A stretch of DNA of 64,000 nucleotides, taken from positions 2,624,001-2,688,000 of the forward strand of contig OY970208.1 in assembly GCA_963713865.1 (NCBI GenBank), read 5' to 3'. The position numbers and the translations under genes are program-made. The DNA comes from an uncultured candidate division Zixibacteria bacterium (GTDB lineage: Bacteria; Zixibacteria; MSB-5A5; RBG-16-43-9). The notes beneath the pieces were generated by a model. It was not told the DNA's origin, ran no database searches, and saw nothing but the letters and a program-made list of their open reading frames with translations. Positions 32,901 through 42,430 of this stretch are shown piece by piece; the stretch's first letter is position 1, and each line of letters starts with the position of its first letter.

Positions 32901-33153
32901 GACTTTTACATTTCCGATAAAAACCAAAAGTCCAGCCGAACGATACCGAGACCGCCCGGTCAGAATAAAGCTCGGAGTTGCCATGACGGAAATGAACATT
33001 CCCGTTCAGATTCACAATGACATTTTCTTTTTCCATCCTTAATTCAGATAGGTCAGCATGTAAGAGTTCAACCGGCTCTTTTTCAGTAGCCCGGGCTGGC
33101 GTAGAGCTGAAAGCTATGAGAAATCCTATAACGAAAAAGACTGTTTTTTTCAT
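29945..33153 (-). CDS. lptD: LPS-assembly protein LptD-like with extended OstA domains; one gene split by 1-nt insertions at ~32948 and ~30315
   Basis: Signal peptide from ATG 33153; corrected junctions YSDRAVWYRSAG and YNGVWGAQ; YTTCD..PPHY, RHSGFL, YRDLHCWEG. Confidence 0.85.
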
Positions 33154-33478
33154 TAACTTTTGTGCTCTGGTAGGAGCATCCCGCCAAAAGCGGGACTGTA
33201 CCCCTGCCATTTGACTAATATTTCATCCTAAAATATCTTTTAGTTAGAACAAAATCAAGAACAAATGAAGCCAGAGCAAATTATATCGCACTACAATAGT
33301 TCTTCTACCTAATTTATACATCCGTTATCTTCAATCGTTTCTTCTTTTATACTCTTGACTTTTTTAAATCAAAAGATAAATTACCCCAATCTGCCTGAGG
33401 TAGATTGGTCGAAGTATAGCGTCGGGCTTTATGCCCGACGGATAAGAATTTAAGGCTCGGCAAACTTAAAAAAGAAAT

Positions 33479-34675
33479 TTGAACATAATAAATCCAATCC
33501 TTTTCATCTTAGTTCTCATCACCAGTTTCTGTTGTTTACTTTCACTTTACAGCGTTCTTAAAATTGTAACTCATTCCAAAAAATCATTCTCTCTTGATAA
33601 AACTACGTTTTTAAATCAGGATAAAAATGGTAAAAAGGTAAACCAATTTGAAGCAAATTTCCCTCCGGTCTCCATCCTGAAACCACTTCAGGGAACCGAT
33701 CCGGGGTTAAAAACAAACCTTTCCTCGTTCTGCCAGCTGGATTATCCGGTTTATGAACTGATTTTCTGTTTGGAAAAAGAGGAAGACCCTGCTTTAGATA
33801 TCGTAAGAGAGCTTCAAAAAGAATATCCCCAAATCTCTATAAAGACTGCCATAGATAAGAATCGCTATGGTTATAATCCAAAAGTCAATAATCTCATCCG
33901 CGGGCTAAGTAACGCTTCTTATAATTTAATCCTGATAAGCGATGCAGATGTCTGCCCGGATAAAGATTATCTCAAGGATACTGTTATTTTCTTTCAGGAC
34001 CCCTCAGTCGGAATGGTTACCAATCTTATCCGGGGAAAAGGAAAAGGCTCCTTAGGAGCAATCTTAGAAAACCTGAACCTGAATTACTTTGTCTTGGGAG
34101 GAACTTGCTTTCTTTATCATTTCTTCGGATATGCTTGCGTTACAGGAAAATCTGTGCTTTTGAGAAAAGATGATTTAGAAAAGATCGGGGGGTTCTCCAG
34201 CGTAAAAAACTTCTTAGCGGAAGATCAGATCCTGGAGAAAAAATTAATCCGACTCGGGGAAAAAGTGGTTCTCTCCAATCATCTGATTACCAGCAATAAC
34301 TGCAAAAGACCATTATCAAAGTTTTTCACCCGCAATCTCCGCTGGTCCCAGATGCGCATGCAGTTAGGTGGTTTGGGTTACCTTTCGGAGTTGCTGGGGA
34401 ATCCTATCCTTTTTGCTATAGCACTGTTCATACTTTCTTCTTTTTCTACTTTCTCCTTTTTAACGTTATTAGGAACTGGTTTTCTCAAAATGATTCTGGA
34501 GTCGATACAGGGAAGACTAATTCAGGCTGAGGCAGGTTTCCTGCCTTATCTCTTAATCCCCGTGAAAGACCTATTGATAGGCTTACTCTGGTTCTTCCCC
34601 TTTTTTAAAACCTCTATCGAATGGCGGGGAAGCAAATTCAAGCTCAAAAGATATACCGAATTAGAGCCGCTTTAA
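33479..34675 (+). CDS. Ceramide glucosyltransferase/HpnI-like glycosyltransferase
   Basis: VSILKPL.G.DP, NPKVNNL, ISDADV, LAED, RNLRW. Confidence 0.85.
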   Translation: MNIINPILFILVLITSFCCLLSLYSVLKIVTHSKKSFSLDKTTFLNQDKNGKKVNQFEANFPPVSILKPLQGTDPGLKTNLSSFCQLDYPVYELIFCLEKEEDPALDIVRELQKEYPQISIKTAIDKNRYGYNPKVNNLIRGLSNASYNLILISDADVCPDKDYLKDTVIFFQDPSVGMVTNLIRGKGKGSLGAILENLNLNYFVLGGTCFLYHFFGYACVTGKSVLLRKDDLEKIGGFSSVKNFLAEDQILEKKLIRLGEKVVLSNHLITSNNCKRPLSKFFTRNLRWSQMRMQLGGLGYLSELLGNPILFAIALFILSSFSTFSFLTLLGTGFLKMILESIQGRLIQAEAGFLPYLLIPVKDLLIGLLWFFPFFKTSIEWRGSKFKLKRYTELEPL

Positions 34676-34691
34676 TCACTTTAATTGAAAT

Positions 34692-34717
34692 TCTGGAGTA
34701 TAAACCTTCAGGTTTAT
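34692..34717. repeat. Short palindromic repeat GGAGTATAAACCT(T)TCAGGTTTAT
   Basis: Second copy at ~36032-36058; interrupted third copy at ~37173-37260. Confidence 0.7.
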
Positions 34718-34790
34718 TCTTTCACATTTTTGATTGACAAACAAGCATTCTCTCAATAGCTTAATACAAAAATTAAAGAAGGAGAAGTTT

Positions 34791-36026
34791 ATGAAAGCTT
34801 TAGTCTTCGGTGGTACTGGAAAAGTTGGGGCTGCAGTAGCTTTAGATTTAGCTAAAGATAAAGATATCAAGACGGTAGGGATTGTAGGTAGGCATAAAGA
34901 TGCCTTGCAGAAGACAAAAAAGTGGATAGGTAGCGATAAGGTGAAACCTCATGTTCTTGACATCGCTGACCCTAAGGAAACCAAAAAATTAATGAAGCAA
35001 TACGATGTGGGTGTGATTGCACTACCGGATAGGAGGACAAGTTATAAAGTCGTTAAAGCTGCAGTTGAGTCCGGCTTGGATATCGTTGATATGCTGGAAG
35101 AGTATCACCGCAGACCAGACGCTTATGAGACTGAGGGGTTGGAAGTTCCTAAAGGGATGATGCTGGATGAATATGGAGATTGGCTTCATAATAAAGCTAT
35201 TGAGAACGATGTAACATTCGTTGACGGGATGGGATTTGCACCCGGTCTAAGTAACGTAACCGTCGGAGAAGGAATCAGGAAATTGGATACCACTGAGATT
35301 GCCATCGCCAGGGTTGGGGGGATTCCCTGCAAGGAGGTTGCCCAAAAAAAACCCTTACGTTATATGATCACCTGGGCATTCGACCATGTACTAAGAGAAT
35401 ATATGATTAAGGTGAAGGTGATTAAAAATGGTAAAGCGGTAGAGGTAGACGCAACCAGCGATCTGGAAAGCTTTAGATTCAAGCAGTTAGGTAAAGATGA
35501 AGAGTTACAGTGTGCAATTACCCCCGGTATGCCCAGTTTTCTTTATACCCGACCACAGCTTAAAGAATTTGCCGAGAAAACTGTCCGCTGGCCCGGGCAC
35601 TGGCAGGGAGTACTGACCTTGAAGGAGTGTGGACTGCTTGACATTACGCCAACCAAATTCAAAGGTGTAAAAATTATGCCGCGAGAGTTTTTATTGTCTC
35701 TAATAACCCCTAAGCTCCAGCAGCGTGAAGGTGATACGGATGTATGTGTGATGTATAACAACCTGACCGGAGTAAAAGACGGCAAGAAAATGAAAATAGA
35801 ATACTTTATGTGGGATGAAGCAGACAAAAAGAACGGTATCTCCTCTATGGCAAGAGTAACCGGTTTCCCCTGCGCCATAACTGCCAAGCTTTTACTGGAA
35901 AAAAAGATAAAGGAAAAAGGGATAGTTCCACCTGAGGACTGCATAAAAGGAGCGCTTTACCCGGAATTTATGCAGGAGTTAAAAAAGAGAAACATCAACA
36001 TACTCGAGGTTATTACAGCTTTATAA
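34791..36026 (+). CDS. Saccharopine dehydrogenase / lysine dehydrogenase family protein
   Basis: AAGGAG RBS before ATG 34791; GGTGKVG, GMGFAPGLSN, EKTVRWPGH, SSMARVTGFP. Confidence 0.88.
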   Translation: MKALVFGGTGKVGAAVALDLAKDKDIKTVGIVGRHKDALQKTKKWIGSDKVKPHVLDIADPKETKKLMKQYDVGVIALPDRRTSYKVVKAAVESGLDIVDMLEEYHRRPDAYETEGLEVPKGMMLDEYGDWLHNKAIENDVTFVDGMGFAPGLSNVTVGEGIRKLDTTEIAIARVGGIPCKEVAQKKPLRYMITWAFDHVLREYMIKVKVIKNGKAVEVDATSDLESFRFKQLGKDEELQCAITPGMPSFLYTRPQLKEFAEKTVRWPGHWQGVLTLKECGLLDITPTKFKGVKIMPREFLLSLITPKLQQREGDTDVCVMYNNLTGVKDGKKMKIEYFMWDEADKKNGISSMARVTGFPCAITAKLLLEKKIKEKGIVPPEDCIKGALYPEFMQELKKRNINILEVITAL

Positions 36027-36068
36027 AATAACTGGAGTATAAACCTTTCAGGTTTATAAAATTAAATA

Positions 36069-36130
36069 GTAGGGACAGGGCTTGTCCCTGTCCGAACCTT
36101 AATGCGGACAGCCACAAGGGCTGTCCCTAC
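36069..36130. repeat. REPIN-like doublet of inverted GTAGGGACAG REPs
   Basis: GTAGGGACAGGGCTTGTCCCTGTCCG-N10-CGGACAGCCACAAGGGCTGTCCCTAC; first 10 nt identical to the REP inside the RAYT gene. Confidence 0.8.
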
Positions 36131-36265
36131 ATTAACTAATATTTAGGTGACCGTCGGGTCCCCTGACCCGACGGTAGCCTTGCCAGGTCAGGGGACCTGG
36201 CAAGCACTGTAAAAAGCTTTACATTACAGAAGTATCTTATAAACACTTTCAAGGAAGAATATAAC

Positions 36266-37162
36266 ATGAGCCTTAAAACCTATTTTCTCGAAACCCGTCC
36301 TCAGTTTCTTATACTTTCCCTGGTCCTGATAATCTTAGCCACATCCATGGCCTGGTATGATGGAATTTTTAACTTGAAATATACACTTTTAACTTTCTTA
36401 GGACTTCTCCTCCTGCATATTTCCGTCAACACCCTGAATGACTATTACGACTACAAAAGCGGAATCGATTTAAAGGTTAACCGAACACCTTTCAGTGGTG
36501 GAAGTGGATTACTCCCATCTGGAAAAATTTCTGCCAGACAAACCTTCTGGCTGGGGATGACCTCATTTATCCTGGCTGTACCCATAGGAGTTTACTTCGT
36601 TTTGAACAAGGGATTTTATCTTCTCCCCATTTTCATCCTCGGTGCTATTTTAGTTCTCTTTTATACCAGCCATTTAGCTAAGTTCGGGTTAGGAGTATCC
36701 GAAATCTCCGCGGGTTTAGGCTTGGGCACCTTGCCGGTCTTAGGGGTATATCTGATCCTGAATAAAGGCTTTTCCTTCCCTGTCCTTTTTGCCTGTATCC
36801 CTTCTGGAATCTTGGTATGCAATCTTCTGTACTTGAACGAATTTCCGGACGTGGAGGCAGATATAACCGGCAGGAGAAAAACCCTGCCCATCATATTAGG
36901 CAAAGATAGAGCCGCCATATTATATTCCGCCTTAACCCTGCTGGTTTATCTCTGGATTATCTTAGGAGTGATATTAAAATTTATGCCGCCCTTCACCCTG
37001 ATTGCCTTACTCACCTTACCCTTTGCCTTCAAAGCCATTGGTGGCTCGCTTGCCCATAAAGACCTCAGCAAGTTGGTTCCAGCACAAGGTGCCAATGTAA
37101 TGGTGGTATTGCTTACTCAGCTTCTTTTAGGGGTAGGGTATATCCTGGCGAGAGTGATTTAA
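36266..37162 (+). CDS. menA: UbiA-family prenyltransferase, MenA-like
   Basis: ETRPQFL, NTLNDYYDYKSGID, TPFSGGS, NEFPD.EAD..GR.TL. Confidence 0.8.
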   Translation: MSLKTYFLETRPQFLILSLVLIILATSMAWYDGIFNLKYTLLTFLGLLLLHISVNTLNDYYDYKSGIDLKVNRTPFSGGSGLLPSGKISARQTFWLGMTSFILAVPIGVYFVLNKGFYLLPIFILGAILVLFYTSHLAKFGLGVSEISAGLGLGTLPVLGVYLILNKGFSFPVLFACIPSGILVCNLLYLNEFPDVEADITGRRKTLPIILGKDRAAILYSALTLLVYLWIILGVILKFMPPFTLIALLTLPFAFKAIGGSLAHKDLSKLVPAQGANVMVVLLTQLLLGVGYILARVI

Positions 37163-37345
37163 AGCAGTTGTTTTGGAGTATCAACCTCTCCTGCGGTGGC
37201 TACGATCCCGCCCCCCCGTGGGGCGCCAGAACATAGTCTCCGTTTCTCGGACAGGTTTATCAAATCCGGCAGGTCAAAAGCCCCGCGCTTCTGACATAAT
37301 GAACAGTGTAAGTAATAGTTCCTGACAGAACAAGAAGAATTGCTA

Positions 37346-38809
37346 TTATCTTTGTGTATTCTCATCAAGTGTAACAAATTCATAACCTTCTTTTTTCAAC
37401 TCCTTTATAATTACAATTAGTGCCCTTATCATGTTTTCTCTATTAATCTCATGTTTTAAATTCACACCGTCGTGCAGAACAATTATAGAACCTGGATGAA
37501 CTTTTGAGAGAATTTTTTTTGCTATTTCTCTTTCCGTTGTTCCCTGCACATAATCTGTCGTCATATCATCCCAAGTAAACATAGTGTATCCTTTTTGATG
37601 TATGACCTCATCCAACCAGATCGATCTTAATCCATGAGGTGGACGAAATATTTTAGGCGATTCTCCCGTTGCATTGTAAATTGCTTCTTCAGCTTTATCA
37701 ACCTCGCTTAGAATTAACTTTTTGCTCTCCAATGGTAATAACCAAGGATGTGTGTAGCTATGATTCCCAATAGCATGTCCATGAACTGCTATTTCCTTGG
37801 CGATTTCCGGATATGTTTCAACATTTTTCCCTATAAGAAAAAATGTTGCTTTGACACCCTCTCTATCAAGAATGTCTATAACTTCCTTTGTGTATTTACC
37901 GCTAGGCCCATCATCAAATGTAAGTGCCACTAATTTTTTATGAGTGCTAATATTATAAATCACTTTTCCAAAGACTTCTGATTTTGGTGAAGTGGATGCG
38001 TATACAAAAAACACAACTGACCCCAGTACACACATTATTGTTGCAAATCTAAATAGCCATTTATGATTGGTCAGGCTAAACGATCTAACTGGAAGATAAT
38101 TAGAAAAAAATATAGAGAAATGATTAAATAGGTATATAGATTGGGTTTTCAGCAATCCCTGTCTAATATATCTTCTTGCTGATGTTGAAGTATATAGGTT
38201 AGGTAGAAAGGCAATGGATCCTTCTTTTGAAATTCTTATTGATATGTCAGTATCCTCGCCATAGAATTTTATATTTGTATTAAAACCGCCAATTTTTTCA
38301 AGAATGTACTTTCTAACAGCGAAATTACCGCCTATAACAAATTTGGGTAAATTGAAAGTATCAAGTATTTTACTATAGAGAGGACGAGCAACTTTGAATG
38401 CGAACCATATAAAAATATTCGTTTTCCAATTACCATCATAAAAGAAAAAGGGATTCGTTATTGCAGATATTTCGCTATGATTCTCAAAGAACTCAAAGAC
38501 TTTTGAAAGATACGATGGTGGAATAACGGTATCTGCATCTATATACAAGAGTATATCACCATTTGCCATTCTCCGACCTGTTTCTCTTGCTTGAGGCAGT
38601 CCAACCCGTGGTTCGAAAACTACATTAGCTCCAAGTTTTTTTGCTATTTCAGATGTTTTATCCGTGCTTCCATTATCAACTACTATTATCTCATAATCGC
38701 TAAAGTCTTGTGATTTGACAGACCTGATGCAAGATTCAATGTACTTCTCTTCATTACGAGCCGGTATAATGACAGAAATTTTTTCTTGGTTAACTTTTGA
38801 ATCGATCAT
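37346..38809 (-). CDS. GT2 glycosyltransferase fused to NodB-type polysaccharide deacetylase
   Basis: IIPARNEE, VDNGSTD, IDAD, GED, TSARR; TM; LTFDDGP, NHSYTH, FRPPHG, IVLHDG. Confidence 0.9.
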   Translation of the reverse strand: MIDSKVNQEKISVIIPARNEEKYIESCIRSVKSQDFSDYEIIVVDNGSTDKTSEIAKKLGANVVFEPRVGLPQARETGRRMANGDILLYIDADTVIPPSYLSKVFEFFENHSEISAITNPFFFYDGNWKTNIFIWFAFKVARPLYSKILDTFNLPKFVIGGNFAVRKYILEKIGGFNTNIKFYGEDTDISIRISKEGSIAFLPNLYTSTSARRYIRQGLLKTQSIYLFNHFSIFFSNYLPVRSFSLTNHKWLFRFATIMCVLGSVVFFVYASTSPKSEVFGKVIYNISTHKKLVALTFDDGPSGKYTKEVIDILDREGVKATFFLIGKNVETYPEIAKEIAVHGHAIGNHSYTHPWLLPLESKKLILSEVDKAEEAIYNATGESPKIFRPPHGLRSIWLDEVIHQKGYTMFTWDDMTTDYVQGTTEREIAKKILSKVHPGSIIVLHDGVNLKHEINRENMIRALIVIIKELKKEGYEFVTLDENTQR

Positions 38810-39400
38810 TCATGTTCCCATAGCATTTTTTAAATATTCATAAAGTTCATATCATTATTAAAAATGTCCTTGTCCAATTCGTTATTCTACCCACCAGTTC
38901 ATCCATAAAAATTAAGAATTTTTTCATATCCATTTTCCCCCCGAATCTATTCTTGAAAATCGCTTCTTAAATATTATTCTATTTTCTTGAAGAATCCCGA
39001 ATCTCCTTGATTGGGTTAACCATTCTTATTTTTTAAGATTCTGTCTCTCTTTCCGACTTTTGGTTTTGTGGTTTTTATCTGATTCTGCTTCACGCCTATT
39101 TATCGTCCCCATCTTCTTCACTCCTGGCAAGCCCTTTAGACTTTATCTCCTTCGGTTCTTCATCTCACATGCCTATCTCTTGCTTATATGGTTTCCTCTA
39201 AGAACCTTTGTCTGCTTTGAGGCTAGCCCCGAACCCTCGCAGGACAGGTGCCCGGCATACCTGACAAATCAGTAGATCAGGAACATAAAGTTCCTGATCT
39301 ACCATTAAACTCCTCAACTTTTCAACCGTTTTTCTGAGGTTGTGGACGAGTTTAGCAATTTTCTCATTCAAAATTCTAAGTCCGTCGCCACTATAGTCTG

Positions 39401-39811
39401 TTATTTCTTGGTGACGTGCTCTCTTTTCACCGGCTGAACTTTCATACTAATCCGAGTGGCTATCTTTTCAGCTGCTTCAGTTTTATAGCTTATACTGACC
39501 TTTTCCCCAGTAGAGAAGTTTTTGAGAGTTGCAGTTTTCCCTGCTTTTCTGAAAGTAGCCTTAGGGTCAATTTTGAAAGTCTCCCCCTTACCAGATTTAT
39601 CTTTCACGGTAATTGTAGAAGTAGTGGTATCTATCGAGAGTATCTCTCCTGATAAAACTAATGCTTTCTCAACCTGAGTTCCTTTGACTGGTTGACCACT
39701 TTTCTTTGGCTGTTCCGGAGTGGTTTGCTGTTGACCCCACACAGATGCTACGCATCCGAAAACAAATAACAGCGCTAGTATTAATGTCAGGGTTTTCATT
39801 ATTCTGTTCAC
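39401..39811 (-). CDS. Small exported protein (OB-fold-like, DUF5666-like)
   Basis: AAAGGAGGTG region at start; signal peptide; GEILSID...ITVK...F...GEKV.I.Y.....A..I. Confidence 0.6.
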   Translation of the reverse strand: MNRIMKTLTLILALLFVFGCVASVWGQQQTTPEQPKKSGQPVKGTQVEKALVLSGEILSIDTTTSTITVKDKSGKGETFKIDPKATFRKAGKTATLKNFSTGEKVSISYKTEAAEKIATRISMKVQPVKREHVTKK

Positions 39812-40171
39812 CTCCTTTCATGGTTTTTGAGGTTACCTGGTTACCCTAAAGTTTTTCTCGTTTCTTATTGTTAATTTTAGTGCAGAAAGTATTTCAGTCT
39901 AAAAAACTATTTAAGCTATATTACGTTGATAAAGTTTGGTATGATTGAAAGAAAATATTCAATTATAACTACTGAGGAAATAAGATTGTAGACAAAAATT
40001 TTCCTGCAGAGGTGATCTCGAAAAATATCGGAAGTTTGAAACGGGATAGGACAGGATTTTTCTGACAGTGTTTGTAGAAAACTTCCTATAGCATAATCAT
40101 TAATTTGCCATTCTTCTTAAGCTCAGCCTTTCAGATCATTTTAGTTCGCTTACGGACCTTTTATCCTTCTA

Positions 40172-40506
40172 CTCGTTTCAGGTACACCAAAATAGACACT
40201 AGAACCAATACTTCAAAAAAAAATGAGAAAAACGAGAAATACAAGTGCCTGTCAAGTTATTTTTCAAGCACTTAAATTTTCTGGCAATGCTACGGGGAGT
40301 CGAACCCTGGTTTGTGCGAATGCATCTTGAGAATGGTTGAGAACCACTGAACTAACTATAGTCGTTTTGTAACTCCTTTATTTGCAAGAAATAACAATTT
40401 AAAACTTTATTTTTCTCCAGTTTTCATTTTTTTTTGTTTCTTTGTGTTTGTTTATGTCTTTTTATCTATTTATGCTCTGGTTGGGACACAAAATGGTCAC
40501 AAGATT
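40172..40506 (-). repeat. tRNA-Glu 3'-half repeat no.1 with flanking arms (attP-like junction)
   Basis: 40282-40347 matches tRNA-Glu anticodon arm to 3' end (degenerate, 18-nt insert); arm motifs at 40181-40202 and 40484-40502. Confidence 0.85.
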
Positions 40507-40617
40507 GATAGAAAATAATTGTGAAGTTTTTTTACGGGATTACCCCTAAATATCTTTTCCGATTCTCTTTACATCTGATTTTTTGCTGCTATGAGATTTT
40601 TTGGTTTAAGTTTTTTC

Positions 40618-40645
40618 TTGACAGGATTCAATTCGTTTCTATATT
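40618..40645 (+). promoter_or_regulatory. Sigma70-type promoter for amt
   Basis: TTGACA-N16-TATATT. Confidence 0.6.
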
Positions 40646-40696
40646 CCTTTCTGTTTTATTTTAAAATTAAATCAACTTCAACAAATGGAGGAATGG

Positions 40697-41916
40697 ATGT
40701 TCGACACCGGCAATACAGGTTTTATGCTCGTGGCAACCAGCCTGGTGATGTTGATGACTCCGGGGTTGGCTTTCTTTTACGGTGGCTTGGTGGGTCGCAA
40801 GAATGTATTGACCATCATGATTCAGAGTTTCGTCTCCATGGGAGTCACCACGATTATCTGGTGGGCCTACGGCTATTCCCTCTGCTTCAGCGGTGGGGTT
40901 GGAGGTATCATCGGGAATCTCGACAAAGCGTTTATGATCGGTGTGACCCTAAATACACTATCCCCTTTCGGAAGCGGAAATATACCTGAATTCGTTTTCA
41001 TGGCGTACCAGATGATGTTCGCCATCATCACACCCGCGCTGATCACGGGTGCCTTCTCCAACCGCATTCGTTTCGGGGCTTATTTGATGTTCCTGGTAGC
41101 CTGGTTGACACTGGTCTATTTCCCTTTTGTGCATATGGTTTGGGGTAATGGCCTACTCGCAAAGATGGGAGTGCTCGATTTTGCCGGGGGAATCGTTGTT
41201 CACAACATTGCCGGTGTGGCGGCTCTGGCATCCGTTCTATATGTCGGACGAAGGCGCATCGGCGACAGCATTCCGCACAGCATTCCGCTGGTTGCACTAG
41301 GTGCCGGGCTTCTCTGGTTCGGATGGTATGGGTTCAATGCCGGCAGCGAGTTGAGGGTTGATGCGGTGACTGGTTTGGCGTTCCTGAATACTGACATTGC
41401 TGCATCTTTTGCCGGTCCGGTCTGGATGTTACTGGCATGGATCTTTGAAAAGAAACCGAAATTCCTGGGTCTGCTGACTGGTGCTGTGGCCGGCCTGGCG
41501 ACCATTACTCCCTGTGCGGGTTACGTTACGCCCACCAGTGCTGCGATTATCGGTATTCTCGCGGGCACCGCGTTTGCTATTTCGCCGTTAATCTGAAAAA
41601 CCGTCTTAAATGGGACGATGCTCTGGATGTCTGGGGTGTGCACGGAGTCGGCGGAATGCTGGGAATCATTATGCTGGGGCTGATGGCGAGCAAAGCCGTC
41701 AATGCAGGCGGAGCAAATGGCTTATTCCATGGCAATGCCAGCTTCTTTGTCAAGCAACTGCTGGCAGTTATCGCGTCATCGATCTATGCTTTCGGTTTCA
41801 CCTTCTTGATGCTGCTGATCATTAATAAGATCACCCGGGTTAAAACATCCGAAGGCGAAGAAGAAAGGGGTCTAGATCAATCGCTACATGGTGAGACGGC
41901 TTATGAAGGAATGTGA
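40697..41916 (+). CDS. amt: Ammonium transporter (Amt); frameshift at ~41570
   Basis: GGAGG RBS; MTPGLAFFYGG, YQMMFAIIT, DFAGGIVVH, LWFGWYGFNAGS; second frame VCYFAV...WDDALDVWGVHGVGG; both pore His present. Confidence 0.92.
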
Positions 41917-42149
41917 TCAAAGCCACACGTAAATCGATAGCCGTGATAGCCCGCTCTCTCGTGTCTGCGCCGAAGCCATTAATGGAAGGTGACTCGGCGC
42001 TGTTGACTGACCCAACGAGTTGGTTGCTGAGACCGGCTTGTGAAATTCGACCATCCAAAGCCAAAGGAGAATGATATAGCAACTTTTCAGGTGGATATTG
42101 ATTTCTAACGTTTACAACTGAAGTTTATAAAGATTCCCCTGAAATGTTT

Positions 42150-42388
42150 GACAAAATGGACACAAGCGTTAACACTTCAATAAAATCTGGGGAAAATAAG
42201 AAAAACAAATGCCTGTCATTTTTTTTGACAGGCACTTAAGATTTCTGGTAGCGCTACAGGGAGTCGAACCCCGGTTTGTGCGAATGCATCTTGAGAATGG
42301 CTGAGAACCACCCGAACCAATCAGGGGTATCTTCTTTACTATCTTTGTGTCTATTTATACTCTGTTCGGTCACAAAATGGACACAAGA
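42150..42388 (-). repeat. tRNA-Glu 3'-half repeat no.2 with flanking arms (attP-like junction)
   Basis: 42246-42314 matches tRNA-Glu from the anticodon stem to CCA with an 18-nt insert (42279-42296); hairpin tgcctgtca..tgacaggca; arm motifs 42152-42165 and 42368-42386. Confidence 0.9.
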
Positions 42389-42430
42389 GATGGTTATAGA
42401 ATTCAGAGTACCCTGCTATGTTAGATAAGG

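Noticed and set aside
39200-39270. GC-rich segment as a riboswitch or IS end
   Set aside because: No riboswitch consensus recognised and no second copy in the window.
42279-42300. 18-nt insert creating a TCA (Sec/opal) anticodon loop, CAT-TCTCAAG-ATG
   Set aside because: Only a 3-bp stem, non-canonical loop and no tRNA 5' half.
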